Positions 56,960 through 64,000 of a stretch of DNA of 64,000 bases are shown here, piece by piece. This DNA comes from Minisyncoccota bacterium. Its GTDB lineage: Bacteria; Patescibacteriota; Minisyncoccia; Phycocordibacterales; Phycocordibacteraceae. The stretch's first letter is position 1; each line of letters begins with the position of its first letter. Under the pieces are notes generated by a model that was not told the DNA's origin, searched no databases, and saw only the letters and a program-made list of their open reading frames with translations. The DNA is taken from contig DASWXP010000002.1 in NCBI GenBank assembly GCA_036405415.1, positions 208,351-272,350 on the forward strand, given 5' to 3'. Both the position numbers and the translations under genes were made by a program.

Positions 56960-57721
56960 CTACTTCCCGAAGTGCCGTGACACGTGCTTCCAGATCAAAG
57001 GCTTCTTGATTGCGCTCGCGCCCATGTGCCCGTACTTCTGCAGCTCGACGTAGCGAGCGCCTATGTCCTTTGCGAGCTCCTCGGCAGGCTTTGCGTGCAC
57101 GATAAGGTCGTCCTTGGAGTGGATGAAGAGGAGCTTTTTTGCCTCAAGCTCCTCCTTCACCGCGACCGGATTATAGAAATCTCCTTTCGCGAGCTTCTTC
57201 CAGGCGTCCGGGTGCGTGCGGTATCCCATGCCGAACGCGTTCGGGACGTACTCGGCCATGGTTTTTAAGGGCTCGAGCGTCTCGTCCTGACGCGTCCAGT
57301 CTACGACGCCTGAGATGATAGCGGCCTTCTCTACGCGCGGGTCGCGCGATGCAAGGAGCGCCGCTGCGCCGCCGAAGCTCCCGCCGATGAGGAAGAACCG
57401 GGCATCGCGCATCTGGTGCTCAGTGCCGCTCCAGAGGTCGAAGAACCCGTTCTGTACGCCGTCCATGACGTCGATAAGGTCTTCGTGCGGGCTCTTCTCG
57501 AGGAACTCGCCCCGGCTCTCCCAGGTGCCGCGGTATATAGGCACAATGCTCCAGTAGCCGTTCCGCGCAAGGAGCTGCATCGCTTCCTGCTTGCCGCCCG
57601 GATATCCCGGACAGCCTGCAGCGAGAATCGCTACCTTATGCGAAGACGGACGCATTGCCGGCATGTATTCGGCAACGATGTCGTTCGCAAAGCGCGTGCG
57701 ATATATCTCGATTCCCTGCAT
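56960..57721 (-). CDS. Alpha/beta hydrolase (S9-like)
   Basis: YRGTWES.G, GGSFGG nucleophile elbow, IHSKDD, GH. Confidence 0.85.
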   Translation of the reverse strand: MQGIEIYRTRFANDIVAEYMPAMRPSSHKVAILAAGCPGYPGGKQEAMQLLARNGYWSIVPIYRGTWESRGEFLEKSPHEDLIDVMDGVQNGFFDLWSGTEHQMRDARFFLIGGSFGGAAALLASRDPRVEKAAIISGVVDWTRQDETLEPLKTMAEYVPNAFGMGYRTHPDAWKKLAKGDFYNPVAVKEELEAKKLLFIHSKDDLIVHAKPAEELAKDIGARYVELQKYGHMGASAIKKPLIWKHVSRHFGK

Positions 57722-57722
57722 G

Positions 57723-58322
57723 CTATTTCGTGTTCGCGTAGAGCATCGCGCGCTCGATGCCCTCTGAAACGAAGAGGCGCGAGGCTTCGGCTGCCCTCGT
57801 GAGGGCGCGCGTGAGTTCCGCGTCTTCTCCCGGCTTGAACTTTCCGAGGACGAGCTTCACCACGTCCTCTCCTGCCGCTGCCTTCTTCAGCTTTCCTTTC
57901 GGAGTATGCGCCGAGATGCCGATCTTGAGCTGCGCGAAGTCCTTGGTCTTGAGAGCGCGCGTGATGCTCTCGATGCCCTTGTGCCCGCCGCCGCCGCGAC
58001 CGAAGGTTGTCATCTTGATGGTGCCGATAGGGAGATCAAGATCGTCGCGTACCACGAGCAGTTTCTTCGCTGCCGGCTTGCTCTTTACGAGTCCCGCTGC
58101 AGTTTTGCCGGAATGATTCATATACACCTCAGGGAGCGCGAGCACGGTCTTGTTGCCGTCTATTGATCCTTCTGATACGAACGCTTCGGCGCTCTTCTTC
58201 AGCTTGAAGTCCGGAAAGCCCTCTTCCTGCGCAAGAAGTTCCACCACCATGCGTCCGGCATTGTGCCTCGTGCGCTCGTATTCGCCGCCCGGGTTCCCGA
58301 GGCCGATGATGACGTGTGCCAT
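57723..58322 (-). CDS. pth: Peptidyl-tRNA hydrolase
   Basis: IGLGNPG.EY..TRHNAG, YMN.SG, DDLD, GGHKG..S. Confidence 0.95.
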   Translation of the reverse strand: MAHVIIGLGNPGGEYERTRHNAGRMVVELLAQEEGFPDFKLKKSAEAFVSEGSIDGNKTVLALPEVYMNHSGKTAAGLVKSKPAAKKLLVVRDDLDLPIGTIKMTTFGRGGGGHKGIESITRALKTKDFAQLKIGISAHTPKGKLKKAAAGEDVVKLVLGKFKPGEDAELTRALTRAAEASRLFVSEGIERAMLYANTK

Positions 58323-58399
58323 TACGAACTATCCTAACATTTGAGATACGAAAAAGGCCCCGCGTTACCGCGGAGCCTTTCAGGTTCGCCCAAGAAGGA

Positions 58400-58900
58400 T
58401 CAGAGCTGGATCACGACTCCGCCGCTGCCGAACATCATGCCCATCAGTGCATCGGTGTCGCAGACCGTCGATGCCTTCCAGGCTTCCGAGATGACGACCT
58501 TCTCGTCAAGGGGCACATCGGGATAGGCGCGGGCGATCTCGGCCTTGCACAGAGCGCGAGTGACGCTCACGTCGTTGAACTGAACGTTCAGGGCCGCCTG
58601 ACGACGGTTGACCTCGGCCTCCTCGTCGTCATTGAGCTCGCGATTCTCAGTCTTGATCTTCGCGTCCAGCTCCTTGACCCAGGCGACCTCATCGGCGCGG
58701 AAGGCGTCGTAGGCGACCTTCTTGCGCTCATATAGGGAAACCCAGCGCTGCACGATCTCCGGCACGGGACCGAGGTCCTTGCTGTGCCTGCAGTGCTCGA
58801 CCTTGCCCTTCGGCGCGACGAATTCGTCGGGCGTCAGCGCGGCGGCTTCTGCAGCAAGCAGCGCCGCGATGGACTGTGAATTCTCGACAGTCGCGTTCAT
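58400..58900 (-). CDS. Hypothetical coiled-coil protein
   Basis: ORF with GC3 bias and a downstream terminator. Confidence 0.6.
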   Translation of the reverse strand: MNATVENSQSIAALLAAEAAALTPDEFVAPKGKVEHCRHSKDLGPVPEIVQRWVSLYERKKVAYDAFRADEVAWVKELDAKIKTENRELNDDEEAEVNRRQAALNVQFNDVSVTRALCKAEIARAYPDVPLDEKVVISEAWKASTVCDTDALMGMMFGSGGVVIQL

Positions 58901-59009
58901 TTTCTTAAACCCCAGTTTTCTTGGACGACCTTGTCCAGAATAAATATGACACATTTATTGACAATATGCAAATAGAGTACGGGAGCGCATGAGTGGTACG
59001 ATTATTTTA

Positions 59010-59315
59010 ATGAAGGAATACCAGGAGGAAGTTGACGCGTGGTTCAAGGAAAAAGGCTGGGAATACTGGGAGCCGCTTGCCATAACCGCGCGGCTCTACG
59101 AGGAAGGCGGCGAGTTCGCACGCCTCGTGAATCACGTGTACGGCCCGAAGCGAAAGAAGCTCGACGAGCACGTGCAGGACATGGAGGAAGAGCTCGGCGA
59201 TATCATCTACACCCTTATCTGCTTCGCGAACTCGCACGGACTCTCGCTTGATTCGGCTATCAGAAAGAGCCTCGACAAGGTTGCAGGGCGAGACAAGGAT
59301 CGCTTCACTACGTAG
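59010..59315 (+). CDS. MazG-like nucleotide pyrophosphohydrolase (YpjD-like)
   Basis: L.EE.GE.AR.VNH.YG.K, EELGD. Confidence 0.9.
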   Translation: MKEYQEEVDAWFKEKGWEYWEPLAITARLYEEGGEFARLVNHVYGPKRKKLDEHVQDMEEELGDIIYTLICFANSHGLSLDSAIRKSLDKVAGRDKDRFTT

Positions 59316-60039
59316 TCGTCCGTTTGATCCGGTATACCGTCTCTCGGTACGCGTTCCCAGCCTTTGCGTATTCTTCGATATCCTTAAGGAGCTTCTCTTC
59401 CCCGCCGAGTCCTGCCATCTGTGACTCGTATGCGCGGATCGCCTCGATCTTCTTGTGCAGGGCGTCTTCGGTCAGCGCTATTCGTTCGCGCTCGACATAT
59501 GTGTCACCTCCGAAGATCGTCTTGACGAGCGCATCCTCATCAAGACCCACGGCATACGGCAGGTCTGCATAGAAGAAGAATTCATTTTCTGACGTATCCC
59601 TTCTCTGAAGCTCCCGCAGCGCCTCGCCGACAAGCTCATGGTCCGGATGCTTCCGCAGTCCTGGGGCGTATACGGAAACAGGTCCTTCAAGAGAGCCTGT
59701 GTACGCCAAGACCTCAGCGACGATGGTCTCGATTATGTCCGTCCGGGACGCGAACGGATCGCGATACTGCCAATCAAGGAGCGGGAGATTGATGATCTGT
59801 GACTCAGGTACCAAAAGAATCGAGAGCGCAGTGCGATTCTCCTTAATTCGCGCGCGCATGGCTTCTGCGCTGTCCCGAAATCCCGTGAGCGCGTCCCAGG
59901 GCGTGCGCTGCACTGGATCCGGGGCGCCCGAGAAGCATGTCATAACCGCGCATGTGCTGCCCTCCGTTGCGAGCAGGCCTCCGAGCGAAAGCACCGCGTC
60001 GTCCAGATGCGGAGAAAGTATGAGATGCCGTACCTGCAT
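59308..60039 (-). CDS. PIG-L family deacetylase
   Basis: SPHLDDAVLS.GG, R..E, HPDH, D.PY, K..AI.AY.SQ. Confidence 0.9.
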   Translation of the reverse strand: MQVRHLILSPHLDDAVLSLGGLLATEGSTCAVMTCFSGAPDPVQRTPWDALTGFRDSAEAMRARIKENRTALSILLVPESQIINLPLLDWQYRDPFASRTDIIETIVAEVLAYTGSLEGPVSVYAPGLRKHPDHELVGEALRELQRRDTSENEFFFYADLPYAVGLDEDALVKTIFGGDTYVERERIALTEDALHKKIEAIRAYESQMAGLGGEEKLLKDIEEYAKAGNAYRETVYRIKRTTT

Positions 60040-60118
60040 GCGCCTATGGTACCTGATGCAGGCATTCGTCAAGATGCGAAAAAGTTGACGCGCAGATTCA
60101 GAGGAATACAATGCGCGC

Positions 60119-60670
60119 ATGAACGTTCTTGGGACTGCGTTTCGTGAGATATTCACCTTCGTTGTCCTTGCGGTTGTCATTGTCGTCCCGATCCGCCTCT
60201 TCGTGGCGCAGCCGTTCGTGGTCGAGGGCGAGAGCATGCATCCGACCTTCGAGTCTGGCGACTACCTGATCGTCGATCAGCTCTCCTACCATCTGGGCGA
60301 TCCTGACCGCGGCGACGTGGTGGTATTCCGCTACCCGAACGACGAGAAAGTCTTCTATATAAAGCGCATCATCGGCCTTCCGGGCGAAACGGTGCACATC
60401 GAAGGCGGCGAGACCCGCGTCACCAAAGCCGACGGCACCGAGATAACGCTCGACGAGACGTATGTCGTCGCCGAAGACGTAACCTATACCCTCTCCCGCA
60501 CGCTCGGCCCGGACCAGTACTTCGTTATGGGCGATAACCGCCCGAAGAGCTCGGACTCGCGCACCTGGGGCGCCTTGCCGGCGCATGACATCATGGGCCG
60601 CGCATACGTGCGCCTCCTTCCGTTCGATGAGATCGGCGTGCTCCCGGGTTCGGTAACCGTTCCTGAGTAG
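60119..60670 (+). CDS. lepB: Signal peptidase I
   Basis: V.GESM.PT, YIKRIIGLPGE, YFVMGDNR..S.DSR. Confidence 0.95.
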   Translation: MNVLGTAFREIFTFVVLAVVIVVPIRLFVAQPFVVEGESMHPTFESGDYLIVDQLSYHLGDPDRGDVVVFRYPNDEKVFYIKRIIGLPGETVHIEGGETRVTKADGTEITLDETYVVAEDVTYTLSRTLGPDQYFVMGDNRPKSSDSRTWGALPAHDIMGRAYVRLLPFDEIGVLPGSVTVPE

Positions 60671-60674
60671 ACCT

Positions 60675-61829
60675 ATGTCGCACACGCTTCAGCCTTCAGA
60701 CATCGTTAAGCGGGCGCATGCGGTCGGAAGCTATTACGGCTTCACCCCGCTCTCGACCTTAGCGGCAACCAAGAAGGGTCAGGGCGCGAAAGCGCCATAC
60801 CCGGACACGCTCGCGCTCGATACGCTCGATACGGCAGCCAAGGATGTCGCCGCGCTTTTGAAGCAGGTGCGCGACGCGGGACTCACCCCGTCCGCGCAGC
60901 AGCCACTCTTTTTCTGGCATACGAACGCCGCGCAGGGCCGCCCGGCGCCCAAGCAGATCGTGATTCAATTCCACGTGCTCGGTGTCGAGCATGCGATCGC
61001 GGACGCAGTGCTCATCCGTGCGGTGCGCTCCCTGATGCATGACCTCGGCAAGCAGGAGCCTACGCTTCGTCTTAATAGCATGGGAGATAAGGAGACCCGC
61101 GGCCGCCTCACCCGCGAGCTCACCCAGCTCGTGCGAAAGCACCAGCACCTCATCCCGCAGGAAGTAGCCGAGCACGTGCGCCAGGGACAGCCGGTCCGCG
61201 CCGCGCACCTCCTTGCACAGGACGAGAACCTGAAGCACTTCCTCCCGTCCCCTACCGATCACCTTTCCGAAGCGAGCCGCAAGCACTTCGAGGCGGTCCT
61301 CGAGTACCTCGAGTCTACAGATACCCCGTACGAGCTCTCGCCGCATCTCTACTCGCGCGCGAACGCCTGGACCGAGACCTGCTTCGAGCTCGCGCATGAC
61401 GCGGACGATAGCCTCCATGCCTGGGGATCCCGGTACAGCGAGCTCGCGCGTCCGTTCTTCAAGGGAACAGTGCATTCGGTCGGTGCCGTGGTGCGCGTGA
61501 ACGTACCGAGCCGCGATACGGTCGCGCCTATCAAGGAGCGCGGCAATCCTCGCTTCGTGTTTGTGCACATCGGCGATGAAGCGAAGCGCGAGAGCATGAA
61601 GATGGCGGATGAGCTCCGGAAAGCCCGTATCCCGCTTACCCAGGCCATGGGCGTGGCTTCTTTGACGGAGCAGATGCGCCTCGCCGAGACCATGAACCCG
61701 CCGTATCTCCTTATTATGGGCCGCAAGGAGGCGCTCGAGCGCTCCGTTATCCTCCGGGAGCGCGCTACCCACACGGAGACGTTCATCCCGCTTAATAGCC
61801 TCATAGAGCGCTTAAAGGCGGTTGCCTAG
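60675..61829 (+). CDS. Degenerate HisRS/HisZ-like protein with HGTP anticodon-binding domain
   Basis: YYGF, L.LNS.GD.E.R, LSE.S..HF..VLEYL...D.PY, RY..L; C-terminal QM..A....P..LI.G..E; class II catalytic motifs eroded. Confidence 0.7.
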   Translation: MSHTLQPSDIVKRAHAVGSYYGFTPLSTLAATKKGQGAKAPYPDTLALDTLDTAAKDVAALLKQVRDAGLTPSAQQPLFFWHTNAAQGRPAPKQIVIQFHVLGVEHAIADAVLIRAVRSLMHDLGKQEPTLRLNSMGDKETRGRLTRELTQLVRKHQHLIPQEVAEHVRQGQPVRAAHLLAQDENLKHFLPSPTDHLSEASRKHFEAVLEYLESTDTPYELSPHLYSRANAWTETCFELAHDADDSLHAWGSRYSELARPFFKGTVHSVGAVVRVNVPSRDTVAPIKERGNPRFVFVHIGDEAKRESMKMADELRKARIPLTQAMGVASLTEQMRLAETMNPPYLLIMGRKEALERSVILRERATHTETFIPLNSLIERLKAVA

Positions 61830-61868
61830 CAATTGCGCCCTTTTAGGCCCTATGGTATCTTTTCCTTC

Positions 61869-62129
61869 ATGCAAAACGCAGTACGCGTAGAGGTAAGCCG
61901 TGGCAAGAACGAGAGCTCGGCATCTCTTATTCGCCGCTTTTCCCGCCGTGGCCAGGGCCTCGGTCTCGTTCGTGCGCTCCGCAAGCGCCGTTACTACGCT
62001 CGCCAGAAGTCGAAGAACGTAGAGCACGCACGTGCCCTCATCCGCGGCGCTCGCATCATGGAGTACAACGAGCAGGTGAAGCTCGGAAAGATCGATCCGG
62101 CTGCCAAGAAGACTCGCGGCAAGAAGTAA
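61869..62129 (+). CDS. rpsU: 30S ribosomal protein S21 (divergent)
   Basis: V.V....NES..SLIRRF.R....G......K.RYY. Confidence 0.72.
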   Translation: MQNAVRVEVSRGKNESSASLIRRFSRRGQGLGLVRALRKRRYYARQKSKNVEHARALIRGARIMEYNEQVKLGKIDPAAKKTRGKK

Positions 62130-62169
62130 GAGAAAGCGCCTCCGGGCGCTTTCTTGCTATCATTCCCTC

Positions 62170-62595
62170 ATGACCACACTCGATACGAGAAACTTCACGC
62201 GCCAGGCGCCTCCTGCGTTCCCTTTCAAGGACGCTCTTGCCGCAGCGCTTCCGGGCTGGGAGATGTCCTTGGTGTTCGCCGGAGAGACACGCGCACAGAA
62301 TATGAACATCGCGCTTCGCGGGAAGGACTATGTGCCGAACGTGCTGTCGTACGAATCCGGGAACAAGAGCGGCGAGATCGTGATCTGCCTTGCGGTTGCA
62401 AAGCGACAGGCACCCTCGTACGGACTCTCGTATCGCGATTTCGTAGGACTTTTGTTTATCCACGGATGCATGCATTTGAAGGGCATGCAGCACGGGGATA
62501 CAATGGATGAACGAGAACGCTCGCTTCTGCAGCGTTTTACTCGCGCTAACCTATCTCGCACCTCGAATGTCCCGACGCATCGCAACCGGCATTGA
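62170..62595 (+). CDS. ybeY: rRNA maturation RNase YbeY
   Basis: N...RGKD..PNVLSY, GEI.IC, HG.MH.KG..H. Confidence 0.9.
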   Translation: MTTLDTRNFTRQAPPAFPFKDALAAALPGWEMSLVFAGETRAQNMNIALRGKDYVPNVLSYESGNKSGEIVICLAVAKRQAPSYGLSYRDFVGLLFIHGCMHLKGMQHGDTMDERERSLLQRFTRANLSRTSNVPTHRNRH

Positions 62596-63739
62596 TATCG
62601 GCACGCACCAGACGAAAGTCGTGGTGGTCGAAGAGGTGCAGGGCGAGAACGGCGCGGAACTCCATATCATCGGTACGGGCATCTCTGAGAGCCGTGGCAT
62701 GCGTCACGGCTACGTGGTTGACGCGGAGGACGCCGCAGAAAGCGTCCGGCTCGCCCGCATACAGGCGGAGCAGATCGCGCGCGTACCGATCCGGAAGGGC
62801 TTCCTCGCGATCGGGGGCGTATCGCTCGACGAAGTGCGCGCTTCCGGCGAAGCGATCATCTCGCGCGCAGACCAGGAGATAACGGACCTCGATCTCGAGA
62901 AAGTGCTCGAGACGGCGCGCGAAGCGGCGCGACCGAGCTTCTTGAATAGGACGGTGCTCCATGAGATCCCGATCGAGTACCGCGTGGACGGCGCCAAATC
63001 GCTCGGAGAGCCTATAGGCCTCAAGGGTACGCGCCTTACCGCGGACTACCTCTTCATTACCTGCCTCACGCAGCATGCGGAGGTTCTCACCGCCGCTACT
63101 GAAGCCGCTGACATCGAGGTTATCGACCGCATGGCGTCCCCGCTTGCCGGTTCCTATGTGACGCTTGCGAAGGATCAGAAGATGAAGGGCTGTGTGCTCG
63201 CGAACATCGGCGCCGAGACCGTCTCTATCGTGGTGTATGACGAAGGTCTTCCGATCTCCGTGAAGGTGTTCCCTATCGGCTCCACCAACATCACGGACGA
63301 TCTCGCGCTCGGGTTCAAGGTATCTATCGAAGACGCAGAGCGACTCAAGCTCGGTCGCCTCGGCGGCGCGATGTATCCGCGCAAGAAGGTGGAGGAGATC
63401 GTTACGGCGCGCTTCCGCACGATGTTCGAGCTCATCGACAAGCACCTGAAGCAGCTGGGACGCCGCGGTAACCTCCCTGCTGGCATCATCATCTCAGGAG
63501 GCGCCTCGGGACAGGGCTCTATCAGCGATATCGCGAAGGGCACCTTGAACCTTCCTACCCGCATCGCGGACCTGAAGCTCTCTTCGGATACGAAGGTGAA
63601 GGATGCTACCTGGGCCGTTGCGTACGGCCTTGCGCTCTGGGGTCTTACGGGAGACACGGAGACGCCGAAGAAGAAAGGCGTGCAGATGGGAGAGTTCGCT
63701 ACGACCCTACAGAAGTTCTTCAAGCAGTTTTTGCCATAG
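62567..63739 (+). CDS. ftsA: Cell division protein FtsA
   Basis: GIDIGT, S.GMR.G, Y.VDG, P.G.KG.RL, NIGAET, IG...ITDD.A, AERLK, SGG. Confidence 0.93.
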   Translation: MSRRIATGIDIGTHQTKVVVVEEVQGENGAELHIIGTGISESRGMRHGYVVDAEDAAESVRLARIQAEQIARVPIRKGFLAIGGVSLDEVRASGEAIISRADQEITDLDLEKVLETAREAARPSFLNRTVLHEIPIEYRVDGAKSLGEPIGLKGTRLTADYLFITCLTQHAEVLTAATEAADIEVIDRMASPLAGSYVTLAKDQKMKGCVLANIGAETVSIVVYDEGLPISVKVFPIGSTNITDDLALGFKVSIEDAERLKLGRLGGAMYPRKKVEEIVTARFRTMFELIDKHLKQLGRRGNLPAGIIISGGASGQGSISDIAKGTLNLPTRIADLKLSSDTKVKDATWAVAYGLALWGLTGDTETPKKKGVQMGEFATTLQKFFKQFLP

Positions 63740-63780
63740 ATATACGTTGACAGTTTTTTACGAAGGCCACAGTATCGATT

Positions 63781-63962
63781 GTGGACCGAGCAAGCTGCCG
63801 CACTGATGCGGTAAGAACGGATCCTTAGGGAGGCTCTGATGAGACGTCTGTTCGCCTCGTAGGTCCAGGCCGGCGAAGGGGCGAAAGACATGCCGCCCCT
63901 CAAACCCCGACTCCTGGGTCTGACCGAAATGGAGTGTGGCCCCGGCGAAGCGCCGGGGCCTT
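63781..63962 (+). ncRNA. Candidate structured RNA downstream of ftsA
   Basis: TTGACA at 63747; TGGACC/GGTCCA closing a multi-stem junction; further hairpins; GGCCCCGGC/GCCGGGGCC terminal hairpin. Confidence 0.4.
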
Positions 63963-64000
63963 GCACGTTTGTGTATGAAAATAGCAGCACGATTCCCCTA

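Noticed and set aside
63836-63890. Hammerhead ribozyme (CTGATGAG...CGAAA)
   Set aside because: Stem II cannot form beyond one pair and no stem I/III with a cleavage triplet is evident.
20769-63990. Many long antisense or alternate-frame ORFs (e.g. 21265-22302, 35034-36116, 48996-50066, 55132-56139, 60759-61772)
   Set aside because: Shadow ORFs from high GC3 codon bias opposite well-supported genes; no motifs.

Overview
The window looks like chromosome from a Patescibacteria/CPR bacterium (Parcubacteria-like). This is inferred from the compact housekeeping gene set, arrays of VirB2/TrbC-like pilins, a degenerate HisRS paralogue and apparently leaderless genes; tRNA-Trp(CCA) and TGA stop codons fit code 11. 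From about 19.6 kb onward it is a GC-rich core region: dnaX, dus, serS, dprA, topA, rel, parB, ahpC, miaA, rpmG, clpB, iscS-like, infB, rbfA, gyrA, rpsA, pth, lepB, rpsU, ybeY, ftsA and six tRNAs. It also holds five tandem pilins, two pilin-peptidoglycan-hydrolase fusions and several stand-alone structured-RNA or small-ORF candidates. The main accessory feature is a more AT-rich island of about 13 kb (about 6.45-19.5 kb) at the 3' end of tRNA-Gln. It is bounded by a degenerate tRNA 3' fragment and a 15/16-bp direct repeat. It carries a large serine recombinase, a ParB-DNA methyltransferase, a TerS-like HTH protein, a C4/CI-like antisense RNA switch and copper/metal cargo. It also carries a tightly coupled 7-gene operon: LexA-like S24 repressor, 69-aa HTH protein, HNH-SAVED (Cap5-like) effector, CD-NTase, E2/SEC-C protein, Zn-ribbon protein and membrane protein, followed by a 300-nt structured element. 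That operon is a CBASS system apparently under a self-cleaving repressor. Further att-like repeats to the left of the island delimit two small cassettes, one of which looks like a structured ncRNA. All calls come from reading motifs by eye; no database searches were run.
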